From: Polyangiales bacterium
GTDB taxonomy: Bacteria > Myxococcota_A > Polyangia > Polyangiales > Polyangiaceae
Assembly: GCA_038231275.1 (NCBI GenBank)
Contig: JBBRLQ010000005.1
Coordinates: forward strand, 256,001-320,000
Reading direction: 5' to 3'
DNA: 64,000 bases
Below are positions 9,230-18,595 of this stretch, in pieces (positions within the stretch are counted from its first letter, which is position 1; the number at the start of each line of letters is the position of its first letter). The notes under the pieces were generated by a model. That model saw nothing but the letters and a program-made list of their open reading frames with translations, had not been told where the DNA came from and did no database searches. The translations under genes and the position numbers were made by a program.

Positions 9230-9913
9230 CTACATCGACTCGGCGGCCGCGCGGAGCTGCTCCGCGGTCATCACGTCCTCGTGCTGCACGAGCACGCGCT
9301 TCAGGTTCGGCGTCGCCGCCAGCCGGAGAAGGCTCTCCTTGAACGCCTTCTTGTCCTTCACGACGAAGAGCTTGAAAATTCCCGTGATGCGCGGTCCGCC
9401 GGTGCTCCCGAAGAGCTTCAAGAAAAAGCCCTGCGCGCCGGGGCGGTGCTGCATGTTGAACGCCGCGTCGCACAGCAGCAGCGACACGCCGTCGGCCGAC
9501 GTGACCTTCACCGCCGCCTCCATCTCGCCGACGCCGTCGATGCGCTCGATCGTGACGTCGTCACCGCCGGCGAGATCGTCGTACGTCCCGTCGACCGCCA
9601 CTTTCTCGGCGACCTTCTTCTTCGCCCCCTTCGGCGCGTAGACCTTGATCGCGGGGTAGCGCTCCTTGAAGCGCGCCGGATCGATCCGGTGATATCCGCT
9701 CGGCACGAGGAGCACGGTCGGCGTGCCCCACGCCTCGATCTCCTTCATCGCGGCGTCGTCGAGGGCGACCGCGTTGTGAATCCAGAGCGCGCCATCGGGC
9801 CGCTTCACGATGTCCATCGCGCGCCGCATCGGCGGGCGCTCCATCTCCGACTCGACGCGCCACAGGTTGTCGGTGAGCTTCTGGATCGGCGAGTGAGGGA
9901 AGGACTTCCACAT
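9230..9913 (-). CDS. DUF4336-like / metallo-beta-lactamase-fold hypothetical protein
   Basis: RxDGxLWIHNAV, LVPSGYHR, LLLCD, VQHE pattern. Confidence 0.65.
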   Translation of the reverse strand: MWKSFPHSPIQKLTDNLWRVESEMERPPMRRAMDIVKRPDGALWIHNAVALDDAAMKEIEAWGTPTVLLVPSGYHRIDPARFKERYPAIKVYAPKGAKKKVAEKVAVDGTYDDLAGGDDVTIERIDGVGEMEAAVKVTSADGVSLLLCDAAFNMQHRPGAQGFFLKLFGSTGGPRITGIFKLFVVKDKKAFKESLLRLAATPNLKRVLVQHEDVMTAEQLRAAAESM

Positions 9914-9950
9914 GGCCGAGACAGTAGGGATCCCGCCGCCACGCTTCAAG

Positions 9951-10016
9951 GTCGGAGTCGGCGTCGGAGTCGGAGTCGGCGTCGGAGTCGGAGTCGGAGT
10001 CGGAGTCGGAGTCGGA
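9951..10016. repeat. Intergenic hexanucleotide tandem repeat (GTCGGM)x11
   Basis: Counted 9x GTCGGA plus 2x GTCGGC. Confidence 0.95.
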
Positions 10017-10019
10017 ACT

Positions 10020-10847
10020 CTAAGGGGTCTCCAGCGAGATCCTCCCCAGCGCGCCTGCTCGGAAGTCGTGGACCAGCGCGTCGCCGGCTTTGTGCATGTC
10101 GATGACCCCGCCGCTCTTCAGGCATCCGCGGCGCCTGCCGATCTCTTCGAGCAGCGCCGAAGGGGACTCCGGGAGCGCGCTCAGCTTGTACCGCGCGAGG
10201 AGGCGCTCCGGGTACTTCGCGAGGAAGAAGCGCGCGCCGAAGAGCGCCACGCTCTCGTAGTCGATCGCGTTGTCGGGAATGGCGCCGCCTAGAGCGAGCC
10301 GGTACGCGCCCTGCTCGTCCTCCATCTTCGGCCACATCATTCCGGGGTTGTCGTAGATCGTCATGCCGTTCTTCAGCGTGACGAGCTGCTGCGACTTGGT
10401 GACGGCGGGCTCGTCGCCGACGTTCGCGACCCTGCGCTCCATCAGCGTGTTGATCAGCGTCGATTTGCCGACGTTGGGGATGCCCACGATCATGGCGCGC
10501 ACCGTCTTGCCGGGCCCGCTCGGGTGCTTCGCCAGGCGCTTGCACAGCTCCGGAATCTTCTGCCGCACGTCCTGGGGTCGATCGGTCGTGATCGCGATCG
10601 CGAGCACCACCTCGCTCGTCTCGAGGCGCGCGAGCCATGCTTTCGTGATCTCGGGATCGGCGAGATCGCTCTTGCTGAGGACCTTGATGCAAGGCTTGTT
10701 TCCCCGCAGCTCCGTCACGAGCGGGTTCTCGCTCGCGCGCGGCATGCGGGCGTCCAAGACCTCGACGATGACGTCCTGCTTCGGCATCGTCTCGGCGAGG
10801 ACGCGCCTCGCCTTGGTCATATGGCCGGGGTACCACTGGATCGCCAT
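10020..10847 (-). CDS. ylqF: Ribosome biogenesis GTPase YlqF/RbgA
   Basis: IQWYPGHMTKA N-terminus, circularly permuted G motifs DARMP, SKSDL, GIPNVGKSTLIN, DNPG. Confidence 0.95.
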   Translation of the reverse strand: MAIQWYPGHMTKARRVLAETMPKQDVIVEVLDARMPRASENPLVTELRGNKPCIKVLSKSDLADPEITKAWLARLETSEVVLAIAITTDRPQDVRQKIPELCKRLAKHPSGPGKTVRAMIVGIPNVGKSTLINTLMERRVANVGDEPAVTKSQQLVTLKNGMTIYDNPGMMWPKMEDEQGAYRLALGGAIPDNAIDYESVALFGARFFLAKYPERLLARYKLSALPESPSALLEEIGRRRGCLKSGGVIDMHKAGDALVHDFRAGALGRISLETP

Positions 10848-10905
10848 CGCGCGTGGTTCTTAGCACGCGACCCGTGCCACGTTTTGGCGTAAATTCCCCG
10901 GTCCA

Positions 10906-12885
10906 ATGGCCGACCGAAAGACCGCGCGAGAGATCCTCGCGCCCGCAACACCCTCTGGAACGCCCTCTGGTTCTGCAGCAAAGCTCGACAAGGACATCAT
11001 CGCCGTCAAATGGAACGGCAAGGTCGTCGATCTGCACACGCCGATCGCCGCCGAGGCCTCCGAGCTCACGCCGATTCGCGCCACCGATCCCGGTGGCCTC
11101 GCCGTCATCCGCCACTCGACCGCGCACGTCATGGCCGACGCGGTGCAGCGCCTCTTCCCCGGCACGAAGGTCACCATCGGCCCCGCGATCGACGACGGCT
11201 TTTATTACGACTTCGACAAGCCGGGCAGCAGCTTCACGGAAGAGGACCTCGCGACGATCGAGAAGGCGATGTTCGGGGTCATCAACAAGAACACCCCGTT
11301 CCGCCGCGAGGTCGTGACGCGTGAGCAGGCCCTCGCCATTTTCGAGAAGATGGGCGAGACGTTCAAGCTCGAGATCATCCGTTCGATCCCCGAAGGCGAA
11401 GAGGTCAGCCTCTACAAGCACGGCGCGCCGAACGAAGAGTGGATGGACGTCTGCGAAGGCCCCCATGTTCCGCAAACCGGGTTCCTCAAGGCGATCAAGC
11501 TGACCAGCGTGGCCGGCGCGTATTGGCGTGGCAACGAGAAGAACCCGATGCTCCAGCGCATCTACGGCACGGCGTTCTCGAGCAAGGAGGCCCTGCACGA
11601 GCACCTGCGCCTCATCGAGGAAGCGAAGAACCGAGACCATCGCAAGCTCGGCAAGGAGCTCGAGCTCTTCATGTTCGACGACGTCGCCCCCGCGATGCCG
11701 TTCTTCCTGCCGAAGGGCGCCTTCGTCTACAACCGGCTCGTCCAGTACGTGCGCGATCTCTACGAGGGACAGGGCTACGACGAGGTCATCACGCCGCAGG
11801 CGTTCGATCCCAAGCTCTTTCGCGCGAGCGGGCACCTCGGCCACTACAACGAGAACATGTACCGCCTGTGGACGGAGGACCTCGTCGAAGGCGACGCGTC
11901 GAAGCTGAAGGACGAGCTCCAGGCCGGCGCGTTCGCGCTGAAGCCGATGAACTGCCCGAGCCACTGCGTCATCTTCCGCCACAAGAAGCGGAGCTACCGC
12001 GATCTGCCGTGGCGCGTGGCGGACTTCGGGCGCCTGCACCGCTACGAGCGCGGCGGCGTCGTGCACGGACTCGCGCGCGTGCGCTCCTTCGCGCAGGACG
12101 ACGCGCACATCTTCTGCACGCCCGACCAAGTGCCGTCCGAGATCGCGAAGTTCATCACGTTCCTCGCGGAGATCTACGCGGCGCTGCGCTTCGACAAATT
12201 CGACGTGAAGCTCGCCACGCGCCCCGAGAACCGCTTCGGCACCGACGCGGAGTGGGACGTCGCCGAGGGCGCGCTCGCGACGGGGCTCACCGCCGCCGGC
12301 CTGCCGTTCGAGTACCTGCCGAACGAGGGCGCGTTCTACGGCCCCAAGGTCGAATTTCATGTGCAGGATGCACTGAAACGAAGCTGGCAGCTCGGCACCA
12401 TCCAATACGATTGGAACCTGCCGCTCCGCTTCGAGCTCGGCTACGTCGGCTCCGACGGCAAAGAGCACCAGCCGGTCATGCTCCACCGCGCGATCCTCGG
12501 ATCGCTCGAGCGCTTCTTCGCCGTGTACCTCGAGCACTGCGGCGGGAACTTCCCGGTGTGGATCGCGCCGCGTCAGGCGATCGTCATCACCGTGCACGAG
12601 GACCTCACGCCCTTCGCCAAGAAGGTGCAGGAGTCCCTCGTCGCGCGCGGCCTTCGCGTCGACGCGGATCTGTCGAACGACAAGCTCGGCGCGAAGATCC
12701 GCAACGCGCGACTCGCGCGCTACCCGTACATCGCGGTCGTCGGTCAAAAGGAGGCCGAGGCGAACACGGTCGGCGTGCGTTCGCGCGAGAAGGGCGAGCT
12801 CGGCGCCATCGCGGTGGAGAAATTCACCGAGATGCTGCTCGAAGAGGCCCGCCCTCCGCGCGGACGCGCCACGACGGCGCCCTGA
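10906..12885 (+). CDS. thrS: Threonine--tRNA ligase
   Basis: RHSTAHVMA, GFYYD, CEGPH, AYWRG, RDHRKLG, KPMNCP, FYGPK, HRAILGSLERF. Confidence 0.98.
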   Translation: MADRKTAREILAPATPSGTPSGSAAKLDKDIIAVKWNGKVVDLHTPIAAEASELTPIRATDPGGLAVIRHSTAHVMADAVQRLFPGTKVTIGPAIDDGFYYDFDKPGSSFTEEDLATIEKAMFGVINKNTPFRREVVTREQALAIFEKMGETFKLEIIRSIPEGEEVSLYKHGAPNEEWMDVCEGPHVPQTGFLKAIKLTSVAGAYWRGNEKNPMLQRIYGTAFSSKEALHEHLRLIEEAKNRDHRKLGKELELFMFDDVAPAMPFFLPKGAFVYNRLVQYVRDLYEGQGYDEVITPQAFDPKLFRASGHLGHYNENMYRLWTEDLVEGDASKLKDELQAGAFALKPMNCPSHCVIFRHKKRSYRDLPWRVADFGRLHRYERGGVVHGLARVRSFAQDDAHIFCTPDQVPSEIAKFITFLAEIYAALRFDKFDVKLATRPENRFGTDAEWDVAEGALATGLTAAGLPFEYLPNEGAFYGPKVEFHVQDALKRSWQLGTIQYDWNLPLRFELGYVGSDGKEHQPVMLHRAILGSLERFFAVYLEHCGGNFPVWIAPRQAIVITVHEDLTPFAKKVQESLVARGLRVDADLSNDKLGAKIRNARLARYPYIAVVGQKEAEANTVGVRSREKGELGAIAVEKFTEMLLEEARPPRGRATTAP

Positions 12886-12926
12886 CGCGAACCTGAAACG
12901 CTCGACGAGCGACTCTCGACGAGCGG

Positions 12927-13502
12927 CTAGGGAAGGACCTCGGTGACATCGATCTCGACGTCCGCGAACTGCTGCAGCCGAACGCGCTCCCCCCTCTTGA
13001 AGGGCACGACGCGCGTGTAGACACCACGAACGATGCTGGTGTGGACCTCGATCTGCCCATCGACGAGGTTCACCACCCAGTACTCCGGCACGCCGCACTC
13101 TGCGTAGAGCCGCGCCTTCATGCCCCGATCGGTCGAAAGCGACGATTCGGCGACCTCGATGAGGAGCCACGCCTGCGACGGGTGCGCGTCGCTGTAGCGG
13201 CCCGGGGGCACGATGGCCACGTCGGGCTCGGGCTCGGAGTCGTCGCTCGCTGCGAGCGGGGACTGGATGCGGACGACCGCGCGGCCATGCAGCGCGAGGA
13301 CGAAAAGCTCGGTCAGGCGCTGGAGCGCGCTGCTGTGGGGCGCGCCGATCGGGCTCATGCGCGCGATCGAACCGTACAAAAGCTCGAGCCGCTCGTCACC
13401 AAACACGCCAAGCTCGGTGAGCTTGTCGTACTCCGAGCGCTTCAGCGGTCGCCGCTGCTCGAAGGGAACGTCGGAGCGATCGGCGGGTACGGACGCGGCC
13501 AT
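12927..13502 (-). CDS. Uma2 family (DUF820) putative endonuclease
   Basis: ERLELLYG, PEPD, LLIEVAESS, KARLYAECGVPEYWVV. Confidence 0.9.
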   Translation of the reverse strand: MAASVPADRSDVPFEQRRPLKRSEYDKLTELGVFGDERLELLYGSIARMSPIGAPHSSALQRLTELFVLALHGRAVVRIQSPLAASDDSEPEPDVAIVPPGRYSDAHPSQAWLLIEVAESSLSTDRGMKARLYAECGVPEYWVVNLVDGQIEVHTSIVRGVYTRVVPFKRGERVRLQQFADVEIDVTEVLP

Positions 13503-13530
13503 GGCCCTGCACGAAGGCTAGCACGCCGGC

Positions 13531-13593
13531 CGACGGCGCCCAGGGTGATGGCCGGCGGCACACGAATGCGCCGCCGCGCCGAGGGCGCCGTCG
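13531..13593 (-). terminator. GC-rich nested hairpin downstream of a lipoprotein gene
   Basis: CGACGGCGCCC/GGGCGCCGTCG 11-bp inverted repeat with inner CGGCGGC/GCCGCCG. No U-tract. Confidence 0.35.
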
Positions 13594-13606
13594 TAGGCGA
13601 CGAAGA

Positions 13607-14029
13607 CTACTTCTTGAACTTCGAGTCGCAGGTCGAGAGGCACGCCGTCTTCGGCGGGATGCACTTGCTGCCGGCCGGGGCCTTGTCGTCGAGCTTGGCG
13701 CAGCTGGTCTTGCAGCTCGCCATGTCCTTCGCGGTGACTTCCTTCGCCGCGACGCACGGCTCGGGCTTCGCGTCGGTCGCCGGGGTAGCGGCGGGCGTGG
13801 CGGGCATCGCCGGGGTGGTCGGCGCCGCGACGGCGGGCGTCGCCGGGGTGGTCGGCGCTGCGACGGCCGGGGTCGCCGGCATGGCGGGCGTGGCCGGGGT
13901 CGCGGGCGTGGCCGACTCGGGGGTCGACGTCACGGTGGTCTGCGACGCCGGATCGGTCGCGGCCGGGGTGGCGCCGCCGCAGGCGACGATGGAGAACGAG
14001 GCAACCAACAGAGCGATGTTCTTGTTCAT
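13607..14029 (-). CDS. Small lipoprotein with Pro/Ala/Thr repeats and a C-terminal six-Cys domain
   Basis: MNKNIALLVASFSIVAC lipobox, TPA repeats, C..CxxxC..C..CxxxC. Confidence 0.75.
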   Translation of the reverse strand: MNKNIALLVASFSIVACGGATPAATDPASQTTVTSTPESATPATPATPAMPATPAVAAPTTPATPAVAAPTTPAMPATPAATPATDAKPEPCVAAKEVTAKDMASCKTSCAKLDDKAPAGSKCIPPKTACLSTCDSKFKK

Positions 14030-14126
14030 GGGCGGCGGCATAACGCCAAAATGCCACAGCGCGCAATCATTAGAGCAATTGCACTAGGCCTTGCCGGAGG
14101 GCGCAGCCGCGGGCATAAGAAGGGCC

Positions 14127-16202
14127 ATGCGCGCCCGAACGTCGCTATTTACTTGGATTTGCTCGGTTCTGGTCGTCGCGGCGGCGCCCGCGTGCGGGAG
14201 CGACGGAGGCAGTGGCGGCGCGGCCGACGACGCGGGCGGACGCGGCACCGGGGACGGCGCGACCGGATCGGACGGCGGCGGCGGGGGCGGCGATGGCGGG
14301 GGCAGCGGCAATGAAGGCGGCGCATCGGGCGACGCGGGCGACGGCGCAACGCAGGTCACCGGTCCACTCATGGGCGTCTGGCAGCTCTCGGGCACTGACG
14401 CGCGCGGCGCGTACACCGGTCAGGTCGAGCTCCGCGACGGTGGCGGCGGCAAGGTCGACGTGATCCGCGTCGCGCAGTACGCCGGCGTCACCGTCGAGGA
14501 CGCGCGCGAGCTCTGGACCGCGTGGACGGGGAGCGCCACGGTCAGCGGCACGACCGCGACGCTCGACGTGAAGCTCCAGCGCGCCGATTGGGTGAAGAGC
14601 CGCGGCGGCGTCGCGCGCACGCTCGCCGATCAAACGCCCCTCGCGGTGAGCGGCGCCGTCACTGCGCAAGGCAGCGGCGCGAAGGTCCATTGGACCGCGG
14701 ACGCCGTCACGTTCGATGACACGCTCACGGGCCACACGGCGAACGGCCCCGCGCCGATCTTCGCGACGGCAGTGACGCGCACGCCCGCGTACGCGGCCCC
14801 CAGCGCCTCGACGCTCGCGTCGATGAACTCGCTCTACGCGAGCTTTCAAGCGCTCCCCGACGTCGCGCCGTACAAGAACGATCCGGCGTTCCAGGCCGGC
14901 GTCGCGTACCTCGACGTCGACACGACCGACTTCGACTTCTACCGCGCGCACCCGACGGCGCTCCGCGTCGTGAACAAGGTCGTCGACGCGCCGAGCCTCG
15001 GCGAGACGCTCGCCCGCGCGAACGCGTACCGTAAGACGCTCGCCGACAAGGCCGCGTTCTTCGATCAAGAGACGCCGGCGGTGTTCCTCGAGGCGGCCAC
15101 CGGTCAGCTCGTCGACGACGTCGCGGGCGGCACGCAGAACGCGAGCGGCGACGGCGCGCTGTGGAGCGCCGCGTACCTCGCCAGCCAGGCCTACCGCTAC
15201 TTCGTCACGCACGACGACATCGCGCTCGCGAACGTCGCGAAGGTCGCCGGCGGCATCCAGCTCCTCATGGAGATTACGCCGGATCAAACGACCTTCGCGC
15301 GCACCGTCCGCGCCGCCACGGCGTCGCCCGCGCCGGGATGGCACACCGGCACCGGCGCCTTCACCGCGTACGAGTGGCTCGAGGGCGGCAACAACGACAT
15401 GTTCAAAGGGCTCTTCTACGGCATGCTCCTGGCGTACGCGACGCTGTGCGATCCGGTCGTCAGCGGCCAAGACGCGCTCTGCGCGCGCATGCGCACCAAC
15501 GCCGCGCACATCATCAAGGACCTGACCGTCGCGCAGGGCGGATCGACGAGCGGCAACAACCTCCTCGCCGCGTGGCTCGACTACTACGTGAACGGCGGCT
15601 CGCTCACGACGGCGATCAGCGACTGGACCGCGCAGGCGACGATCCTCGAGAACGCAGGCTTCCAGACCAAGCAGATGGCCACCGCCGACTGGAGCGGCAC
15701 GCACCTCACGTTCGTCGAGTTCGCCGGGCTCACGATGCTGAACGCGCGAAAGCCGCTCCCCACCGTGAACGCCGCGACGTCGCTCCGCAAGGGCATCGAG
15801 AAGATGCAGAGTGACTTCACCACGTTCCGGATGGGCCTCTGGAGCGTCCTCTTCGCGACGAAGGTGACGACGCCCGCGCAGGCCGACATCGACAACGCGC
15901 GCGGCCGCATGCGCGAGATTCCCGCGCCGCGCATGGCGCTCGACATCGACCACCGCGTCGGCCCGGGCTTCGTGATGTTCCCGTACCCCAGCGTTCCCTG
16001 GAAGAACGACTGGACGACGCACGATCGCACCGATTCCCTCTACGGCTACCCGCTCTTCACGCTGCCGCTCGACGTGTACGTCTGGCGCTCGGGCCCGCTC
16101 GACTATTCGGGCAACCACGAGAACGTGCAGAGCCCGAGCGCCGACTACCTGCACGCGTACTGGCTGGGCCGCTACCTCGGTCTGTTCACCGCGACCGACT
16201 AA
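14127..16202 (+). CDS. Large lipoprotein, probable C-terminal helical-barrel enzyme-like domain
   Basis: Lipobox APAC, Gly/Asp linker, DGALWSAAYLASQAYRY and DYLHAYWLGRY motifs, strong GC3 bias. Confidence 0.7.
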   Translation: MRARTSLFTWICSVLVVAAAPACGSDGGSGGAADDAGGRGTGDGATGSDGGGGGGDGGGSGNEGGASGDAGDGATQVTGPLMGVWQLSGTDARGAYTGQVELRDGGGGKVDVIRVAQYAGVTVEDARELWTAWTGSATVSGTTATLDVKLQRADWVKSRGGVARTLADQTPLAVSGAVTAQGSGAKVHWTADAVTFDDTLTGHTANGPAPIFATAVTRTPAYAAPSASTLASMNSLYASFQALPDVAPYKNDPAFQAGVAYLDVDTTDFDFYRAHPTALRVVNKVVDAPSLGETLARANAYRKTLADKAAFFDQETPAVFLEAATGQLVDDVAGGTQNASGDGALWSAAYLASQAYRYFVTHDDIALANVAKVAGGIQLLMEITPDQTTFARTVRAATASPAPGWHTGTGAFTAYEWLEGGNNDMFKGLFYGMLLAYATLCDPVVSGQDALCARMRTNAAHIIKDLTVAQGGSTSGNNLLAAWLDYYVNGGSLTTAISDWTAQATILENAGFQTKQMATADWSGTHLTFVEFAGLTMLNARKPLPTVNAATSLRKGIEKMQSDFTTFRMGLWSVLFATKVTTPAQADIDNARGRMREIPAPRMALDIDHRVGPGFVMFPYPSVPWKNDWTTHDRTDSLYGYPLFTLPLDVYVWRSGPLDYSGNHENVQSPSADYLHAYWLGRYLGLFTATD

Positions 16203-16324
16203 ACTCTGACCGCACCGAAGCGCGCGCCCGGTGCACCGGTGGGGCGCGGATGCGTGCAGGATGCATGGGCTCCGCGACCGGGTTCTCGCGACATAGGCGT
16301 CGTTGGGATGGCACGAAATCGGAG

Positions 16325-16483
16325 TCAGCTTCGAGAATGCTCCGCCCGATCCTCTTCGATCAGGACGGAACGCCCGTCCGCACCAACGAAATTCACGTCG
16401 ACGCGTTGGTGCGAGGCGCTGTGCTCGTTCGGATACCGCGTCGGGCGCGAGCGCGTGCGAGTCGTCGTCTTGATGGAGGTCAC
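16325..16483 (-). CDS. Possible 52-aa small protein
   Basis: AAAAGGAG RBS upstream of GTG. Reads MTSIKTTTRTRSRPTRYPNEHSASHQRVDVNFVGADGRSVLIEEDRAEHSRS. Below the ORF-track cutoff. Confidence 0.3.
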   Translation of the reverse strand: MTSIKTTTRTRSRPTRYPNEHSASHQRVDVNFVGADGRSVLIEEDRAEHSRS

Positions 16484-16535
16484 GCGCGCTCTCCTTTTCG
16501 TCGGCCTAGCTCACGGCGTGTGGTAGCGGAGTGGG

Positions 16536-16982
16536 ATGCGTTGGGGATGGATCGCGGTTCGGGCGGGCTTCGGCCTGTGCGCGTACGCGCTGCTGGGGTG
16601 CGGAGGCCCGCACGACGGCGAACGAGGTCAGACCGCGCTCGACGATGCCGGTCCGTCGAACGCTGCCGACGGAAACGCTACACACCCCGCCGACGACGCC
16701 GCGACCGACGCGGCGCTCAACGAGGTCTCGTGCGTCGATTCACCCACCATCTGTGATCCCGTCATTGCCGAAGAGTGGCAAAACACGTGGCGCCGCGTCG
16801 GCGGCACAGTCGGTCCCGCATGCGGCTCGATGACGATCTCGTTCGACGCGAACGGCTGCGTCGCCAACGTGCGCGTCGACGGTGCCGATGCGCAGGATCC
16901 GAACGCGCTCCGCCTGAAGAACGCGATTCGGGTTTGGAAGCGCGTGTGCGGAGACATCACGGTCTCCGGCATTTGCCCTTAG
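16536..16982 (+). CDS. Small Cys-containing lipoprotein
   Basis: Lipobox LLGC, DA-rich linker, six Cys in the mature domain. Confidence 0.6.
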   Translation: MRWGWIAVRAGFGLCAYALLGCGGPHDGERGQTALDDAGPSNAADGNATHPADDAATDAALNEVSCVDSPTICDPVIAEEWQNTWRRVGGTVGPACGSMTISFDANGCVANVRVDGADAQDPNALRLKNAIRVWKRVCGDITVSGICP

Positions 16983-16995
16983 TCGAAGTCTACGT

Positions 16996-18132
16996 CTAGA
17001 GAGACATGGCGCCGGGCAGCGTCGTCGTGCTCGGAGTCGGCGTCGACAGATCGTGCGGCGCGGGGGCCGTCGTCGACGGAGCGTTCGTGGGCGGCAACGC
17101 GGCCCCGTCCGTGGGGATAGGCACCGCGTCAGGCTCGGGCGCCGTCGCAGCCGCCTCCGGCTCTGACTCTGCGGACTTCGCGGCGGCGGCGCCTCGGGCG
17201 ACACGCGCGAGGAGCCCCTCTTCGAACCGCACGAGCTCGAAGACCGGCATCGCGACGGTCGTGCCGGGCGCGCAGCTCGACGTCTTCGATGCCGCCACGA
17301 ACACGTCTGCGGTCGCTTGCCCGCTCGGGACCGGCGAGGACGTCCGGACGAGATCGGCCGGCGTGAGGTTGCACGCCGCGCCGCTCCCGCGATCGACGAC
17401 GGCGACCGGCTGCGACACGACGAACACGTGGTGCGGCGCCGCGAGCGCGCGCGCGACGCGGGGATCGTTCACGACGAGCGTGTTCCCCGCCGACGGCGTG
17501 GCCGCGCCGCCCTGCGTCTCCGGCATCGAGAGGATCTCGGCGATCTGGGCGCGCAGCTCCTCGCGCACGCCGCCGTCGATCGGCGTGGTCTGGACGGGCA
17601 CCACGACAGCGCCGCCGTACGCGCGCAACCGCGCCTCTTCCGAGGCGATGTAGTCGAGCATGATCCAGTCCGTCACCCAGTAACCGACGCCCCAGTACGC
17701 GGGGTACGGGCGGTAGTAGCCACCCCAATAGAGCGGGACCCGCCAGCCGTACCGAGGCCCGTACCAGAGCCCGCCGCGATGCCCGTAGAACGCGGGAACG
17801 CGGCCGCCAACCACGTACGCGCCGCGCCCGCCGGCGATGTACCCATGTCCGTAGCCGACGCCGGGCGCGCGCAGTGGAGCCGCGCCGTGAAAGCCGCCGA
17901 CCGGGCCGCGGTACGACGGCGCGGAGTAATGAGGAGCAGAATAGTGAGGAGCGGAGTAGTGGCCCGCCGGCGCAGAGTAGTGCGGCGTGCTGACGTGGCC
18001 TCCGCCACCGAAGTGCGCCCCGCCGCTGCTGTGACCTCCGCCGCCGTGACCGCCGCGCGCGAACGCGGGCGTGATCACGAGCGAAAGCGCCGCCGCCGTC
18101 AGGATTGCCGTGCTCTTCGTAGGTGCTGCCAT
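16996..18132 (-). CDS. Secreted hypothetical protein with Gly/His/Tyr-rich N-region
   Basis: Signal peptide ending AFA, HYSAP x4, YWG-rich segment, CNLTPADL..C domain, Pro/Thr tail. Confidence 0.7.
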   Translation of the reverse strand: MAAPTKSTAILTAAALSLVITPAFARGGHGGGGHSSGGAHFGGGGHVSTPHYSAPAGHYSAPHYSAPHYSAPSYRGPVGGFHGAAPLRAPGVGYGHGYIAGGRGAYVVGGRVPAFYGHRGGLWYGPRYGWRVPLYWGGYYRPYPAYWGVGYWVTDWIMLDYIASEEARLRAYGGAVVVPVQTTPIDGGVREELRAQIAEILSMPETQGGAATPSAGNTLVVNDPRVARALAAPHHVFVVSQPVAVVDRGSGAACNLTPADLVRTSSPVPSGQATADVFVAASKTSSCAPGTTVAMPVFELVRFEEGLLARVARGAAAAKSAESEPEAAATAPEPDAVPIPTDGAALPPTNAPSTTAPAPHDLSTPTPSTTTLPGAMSL

Positions 18133-18239
18133 GACCGGACCTCTCTACTTTACCCTACAAATATAGGGCGTCGTCGGCGTGTGCGCTGGTCCAATCGCAC
18201 GCGCGAAAGGATGAGCCCACACACGGACGTGCTCGCGTC

Positions 18240-18255
18240 GGGAACGGTCGTTGCT
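18240..18255 (+). promoter_or_regulatory. Putative sigma-54 promoter
   Basis: GGGAACGGTCGTTGCT gives GG-N10-GC with TTGC, just upstream of ATG 18268. Confidence 0.5.
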
Positions 18256-18267
18256 TCACAAAAGAGC

Positions 18268-18555
18268 ATGAACCCGCAAAAAATGACCCTCGCGGTGACG
18301 GCCGCGGTCGTCGGCCTCGTGGCCACCGCCTGCGCCCGCCCCTACCTCGTCGCAGACGTCGCGCGCTCGCGGGCGCGCGTCGACCTGCATTGCCCGAGCG
18401 AGCAGCTCACCATCGCGCGAACCACGGACACCGGCTCCGAGTACCTCGCGACGGGGTGCGGAAAGCATGCGCTCTACAAATGCGCCGAGCACGGCCGGAT
18501 GGTCGGCATCGGCAACGGCGGCACCGAGTACGAGATGGAGTGCTTCCAAGAGTAA
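18268..18555 (+). CDS. Small lipoprotein
   Basis: Lipobox ATAC, RARVDLHCP..ATGCGK..YKC pattern. Confidence 0.65.
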   Translation: MNPQKMTLAVTAAVVGLVATACARPYLVADVARSRARVDLHCPSEQLTIARTTDTGSEYLATGCGKHALYKCAEHGRMVGIGNGGTEYEMECFQE

Positions 18556-18595
18556 CGCGACGCGCGAAGCGACCGCATCGGCGATCGCGCGGGGC

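Noticed and set aside
9912..10292. ORF encoding a (GV)n repeat
   Set aside because: It is only a translation of the hexamer microsatellite and overlaps ylqF antisense.
9946..13170. 1074-aa antisense ORF over thrS, and many other long alternate-frame ORFs (e.g. 19260-21953, 27558-29945, 44337-46223)
   Set aside because: These are shadow ORFs expected at high GC with strong GC3 bias. They are Arg/Ala-rich or mirror real genes and have no motifs.
12927..13502. Uma2 gene as a defence system or mobile element
   Set aside because: It is a solitary member of a family that is commonly multicopy. No methylase, antitoxin or terminal repeats are nearby.
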